Positions 61,403 through 64,000 of a stretch of 64,000 nt of DNA are shown here, one piece after another (position 1 is the first letter of the stretch; the number at the start of each line of letters is the position of its first letter). The DNA comes from Nemertoderma westbladi (taxonomy: Eukaryota; Animalia; Xenacoelomorpha): positions 8,660-72,659 of the forward strand of contig JAUCBJ010006854.1 in NCBI GenBank assembly GCA_032718475.1, written 5' to 3'. The notes beneath the pieces were generated by a model. The model was given only the letters and a program-made list of their open reading frames with translations. It did not search any database and was not told where the DNA came from. Position numbers and translations under genes: made by a program.

Positions 61403-61592
61403 TCCGCTCCGTACTCCCGGAACTTGCCCCAGTCCATCGGCTTGTGGCAGACAAGCCCCATGAGCTGGCCCATCGCCACTGCTCCACAATGTCCTGTGCC
61501 CGCTCCGTGCTCCTCCCGGAACTTGCCCCAGTCCATCAGCTTGTGGCAGACAAGCCCCATGAGCTGGCCCATCCCCACTGCTCCACAATGTC
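61403..61592. repeat. ~97-bp tandem duplication
   Basis: ccgctccgt..ctcccggaacttgccccagtccatc..gcttgtggcagacaagccccatgagctggcccatc..ccactgctccacaatgtc occurs twice. Confidence 0.9.
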
Positions 61593-61757
61593 ATGTGTTC
61601 TCTACCACCCCCAAAGTGCCAATTTTTCTTAATTTTATTTTATTTTTACCTATGTTCCCCCCTGTCTGCGCTATTATCCTATCTACCTTCCCACTTCCTT
61701 ACGTGGCGTCCTCACTGCCCACAACTTCTATGGTACTATGTACCCTACTACTACTTC

Positions 61758-62071
61758 TATGGTATACCTACATACCATACTACTCTACTCTCTTACTACG
61801 AGGCGCTTTCGGTGCCCACAACCCCTCTGCTACTACTCATATGGTATACCTACATACCATACCCTTCACTCTCTTACTACATGGCGCTTTCGGTGCCCAC
61901 AACCCCTCTGCTACTACTCCTATGGTATACCTACATACCATACCCTTCACTCTCGTACTACGTGGCGCTTTCGGTGCCCACAACCCCTCTGCTACTACTT
62001 TTATGGTATACCTATATACCATACCCTTCACTCTCTTACTACGTGGCGCTTTCGGTGCCCACAACCCCTCT
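61758..62071. repeat. 81-bp tandem repeat, about 4 copies
   Basis: Unit tatggtatacctacataccatacccttcactctcttactacgtggcgctttcggtgcccacaacccctctgctactact. Confidence 0.92.
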
Positions 62072-63072
62072 TACAGTACTACTGTATGAACCCTGCTACT
62101 ACTATGTACTACCTACTACTATTACTTTCTACTTTCTACTATCTTACTACTTATTTTATTATTTGCTTATTATTTTTTTTTATATTTTTCACATGTGAGA
62201 AGGGCGTCTCGCCCTCATTCCCAACCCCCTCAGTCCAACATATTGGACGACTCAACAACCTAAGGGTGATTCTTCCAGCAGGCAACTCTCCCACTGCCCC
62301 CCTATAGGTCCTCTTAATCTTCACCCCACTCTTCTTCTCAATTCCAACTCTTTTGGAATTGACCTTCCCTTCTCCTTCACCCTTAAGTCAGGTCTTTCCG
62401 TCATGTCACTGATCTCCTCGTGGTCGTCCCCTGGTGGCAAAGTGCCTTCATCTTGTCGTCGTTTGGCGGTAGAATGCCGCCCCTCATGTCATTCTTACTG
62501 GTACATGCCACCTCTGCTGGCCTCCCCCTTAATATGTGCGCCGGCATTAAAGCCCCCGATGACCCCCGGTCTTCCTTCGGTACACGTAATGGCTTACCAT
62601 TTAATGCCCCTTCGCACTCTGCCACCCACTTATGCATGTACAACACGCCCTCCCACTTTCCTGCCTCCTTTGTCACGTTTCACCATGGGCTTCTCTGCCC
62701 CTGGTCTAATCTTCCCACATCCTCTCCATTTCCACCTTGTCTTCTTACTCGACCTCATCCCCACCGGTTTGCCTCTCAACTGGACCGGCGTCTGTTCCGG
62801 ACACCTCTCCGGACATCTCGCCGTCCACTCTTCTCCATCCCCATACTACTCCCCATTCTCCTCCGTCCACTCTCTTGTTGTTGTTTCTCTTCCTGACTCA
62901 TCTGTCGGGGGTATTTTTCTGTCCTCCACCCTTTCACCATGCTCCACCATGCGTCGTTCCAGATCCATAGCCATCCCCGACTCCTGGTTTTCTTCCTCGG
63001 CCTGCTTCTCATATGGGTCCTCCCCATCGCCCGTCTCTGGTTTCTCCTCTGTTCCTCCGTCCTCTATTTTTC

Positions 63073-64000
63073 TCATTGTGCCTGCGAACATGCACCCTGA
63101 GGATTCGACACACTGAACGGAATTCTAGACTTGATTGGGCCGTTGAGTGTCCATCCAAATGGCATGCAAATCGCCATCGGGCCTCTCCCCCCATCATCTC
63201 CGCCTCGGCAGGAAAGTCTCCTGTGGGCTGTCGGGCAGTCCATGCCGACTATGAGAGATACTTTCGGGACGTCCAGTTCGGGCACGGAGAAATCGATGTT
63301 GTCCAGGTACTGGTATTGTCCGACCTCGATCTTCGTGGGTCGCCTGGCATTAATATTAATCGATTCTATTATTTGAATGGGATCGATGGTTGCCCCATAA
63401 TCGCACCCAGGCGTTATCGCTGATATTTTACAACGCCCCATTCTCATCTTCAAGACCTCGTCTTTACTCGAGATAGTGGTTACCGCCATCTTGCTTGGCC
63501 TCGTTCGTAACCCTATCTTTTCGGCCACCCAACCCTCCATTAGCGTGAACGCTGCTCCACTATCGATCAACATTAATGTTGTGACCGATAGCCCGTCCTC
63601 TCCTATTATTCTCACTGGTACTATTTCGAGTAGTACCATTCTCTTTGCTCCCGTCTTGCTCGTAGCCATAGTTTGGCCTCCAGTCTCATCAGTCTCGTCG
63701 TATTCTATCGATGTTTCTCTACATTCTCCGAATCTGTGTCCTTCTACCACGCATCGATGACATAGTCCATTTATATCCGCATAGGCTACTCGATCTTGTT
63801 TAGGCAATGCTTGCCAACGCTTACAATTCATGGTGTTGTGGGTTCCATCTCTATGCAATTGACATTTGTATCCTGGATTGTAGCGTTCCTTGTATAGCCC
63901 TTTACGTATCGTGCGTAAGTTCATATCTACCGGTTTAGTGTTTTGGTTATTTTGACTCGGCCTACTGGGGGTGTTGGGATTATATTTGTTCGTGTTGTTG
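63073..64000 (-). CDS. BEL/Pao Gag C-terminus plus aspartic protease (5' partial)
   Basis: CQLHRDGTHNTMNC; CHRCVVEGHRFGEC; VLLEIVPVRI; MLIDSGA; VSLIVGMD; PFGWTLNGP. The frame stays open from the ATG at 63924 to the window edge. Confidence 0.85.
   Translation of the reverse strand, partial: NNTNKYNPNTPSRPSQNNQNTKPVDMNLRTIRKGLYKERYNPGYKCQLHRDGTHNTMNCKRWQALPKQDRVAYADINGLCHRCVVEGHRFGECRETSIEYDETDETGGQTMATSKTGAKRMVLLEIVPVRIIGEDGLSVTTLMLIDSGAAFTLMEGWVAEKIGLRTRPSKMAVTTISSKDEVLKMRMGRCKISAITPGCDYGATIDPIQIIESININARRPTKIEVGQYQYLDNIDFSVPELDVPKVSLIVGMDCPTAHRRLSCRGGDDGGRGPMAICMPFGWTLNGPIKSRIPFSVSNPQGACSQAQ

Larger units (their letters stand above)
59614..64000 (-). mobile_element. Second, degenerate BEL/Pao-derived element (gag-protease retained, pol decayed), running off the window
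   Basis: Contains a gag-protease ORF and an RT-end remnant MHKWVA...VPKEDR. Candidate PPT GGGGGGAG is followed by TGTAAGCGG at 60276. Candidate LTR end ...CCCGTCACA at 59614. Boundaries are tentative. Confidence 0.55.

Noticed and set aside
59869-62307. Many overlapping 70-220 aa ORFs on both strands
   Set aside because: They arise from C/T-skewed low-complexity sequence and tandem repeats with unit lengths near multiples of 3, and show no recognisable domains.

Overview
Animal (invertebrate) nuclear DNA, not prokaryotic. From left to right: a decaying BEL/Pao LTR retrotransposon (minus strand, ~0.4-10.6 kb); a 15.4-kb 28-bp satellite with higher-order structure; and five host genes interspersed with transposon debris. 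The genes are a 3-exon IKK-alpha/beta-like kinase and intronless torsin, GCDH, PIG-H and HS6ST CDSs. The debris includes two RTE LINE fragments, an EnSpm-like MITE, a tRNA-SINE, a CRE-like fragment, nested MITEs, a Helentron-like element, an apparently intact CR1-group LINE, and a second degenerate BEL/Pao element running off the right edge. The most notable observations are three. (1) A 547-bp insertion with a perfect 12-bp TSD and Penelope-like geometry carries a tRNA-like Pol III promoter fused directly to a minimal hammerhead ribozyme (44177-44723). (2) The CR1 LINE ORF1 and ORF2 are in the same frame, separated only by a UGA-CUAG readthrough-type stop. (3) Non-coding DNA shows a window-wide excess of TA-N3/4-TA motifs that behave like DNA-transposon excision footprints and cluster upstream of genes. 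All calls were made by eye; no database searches or folding were run.
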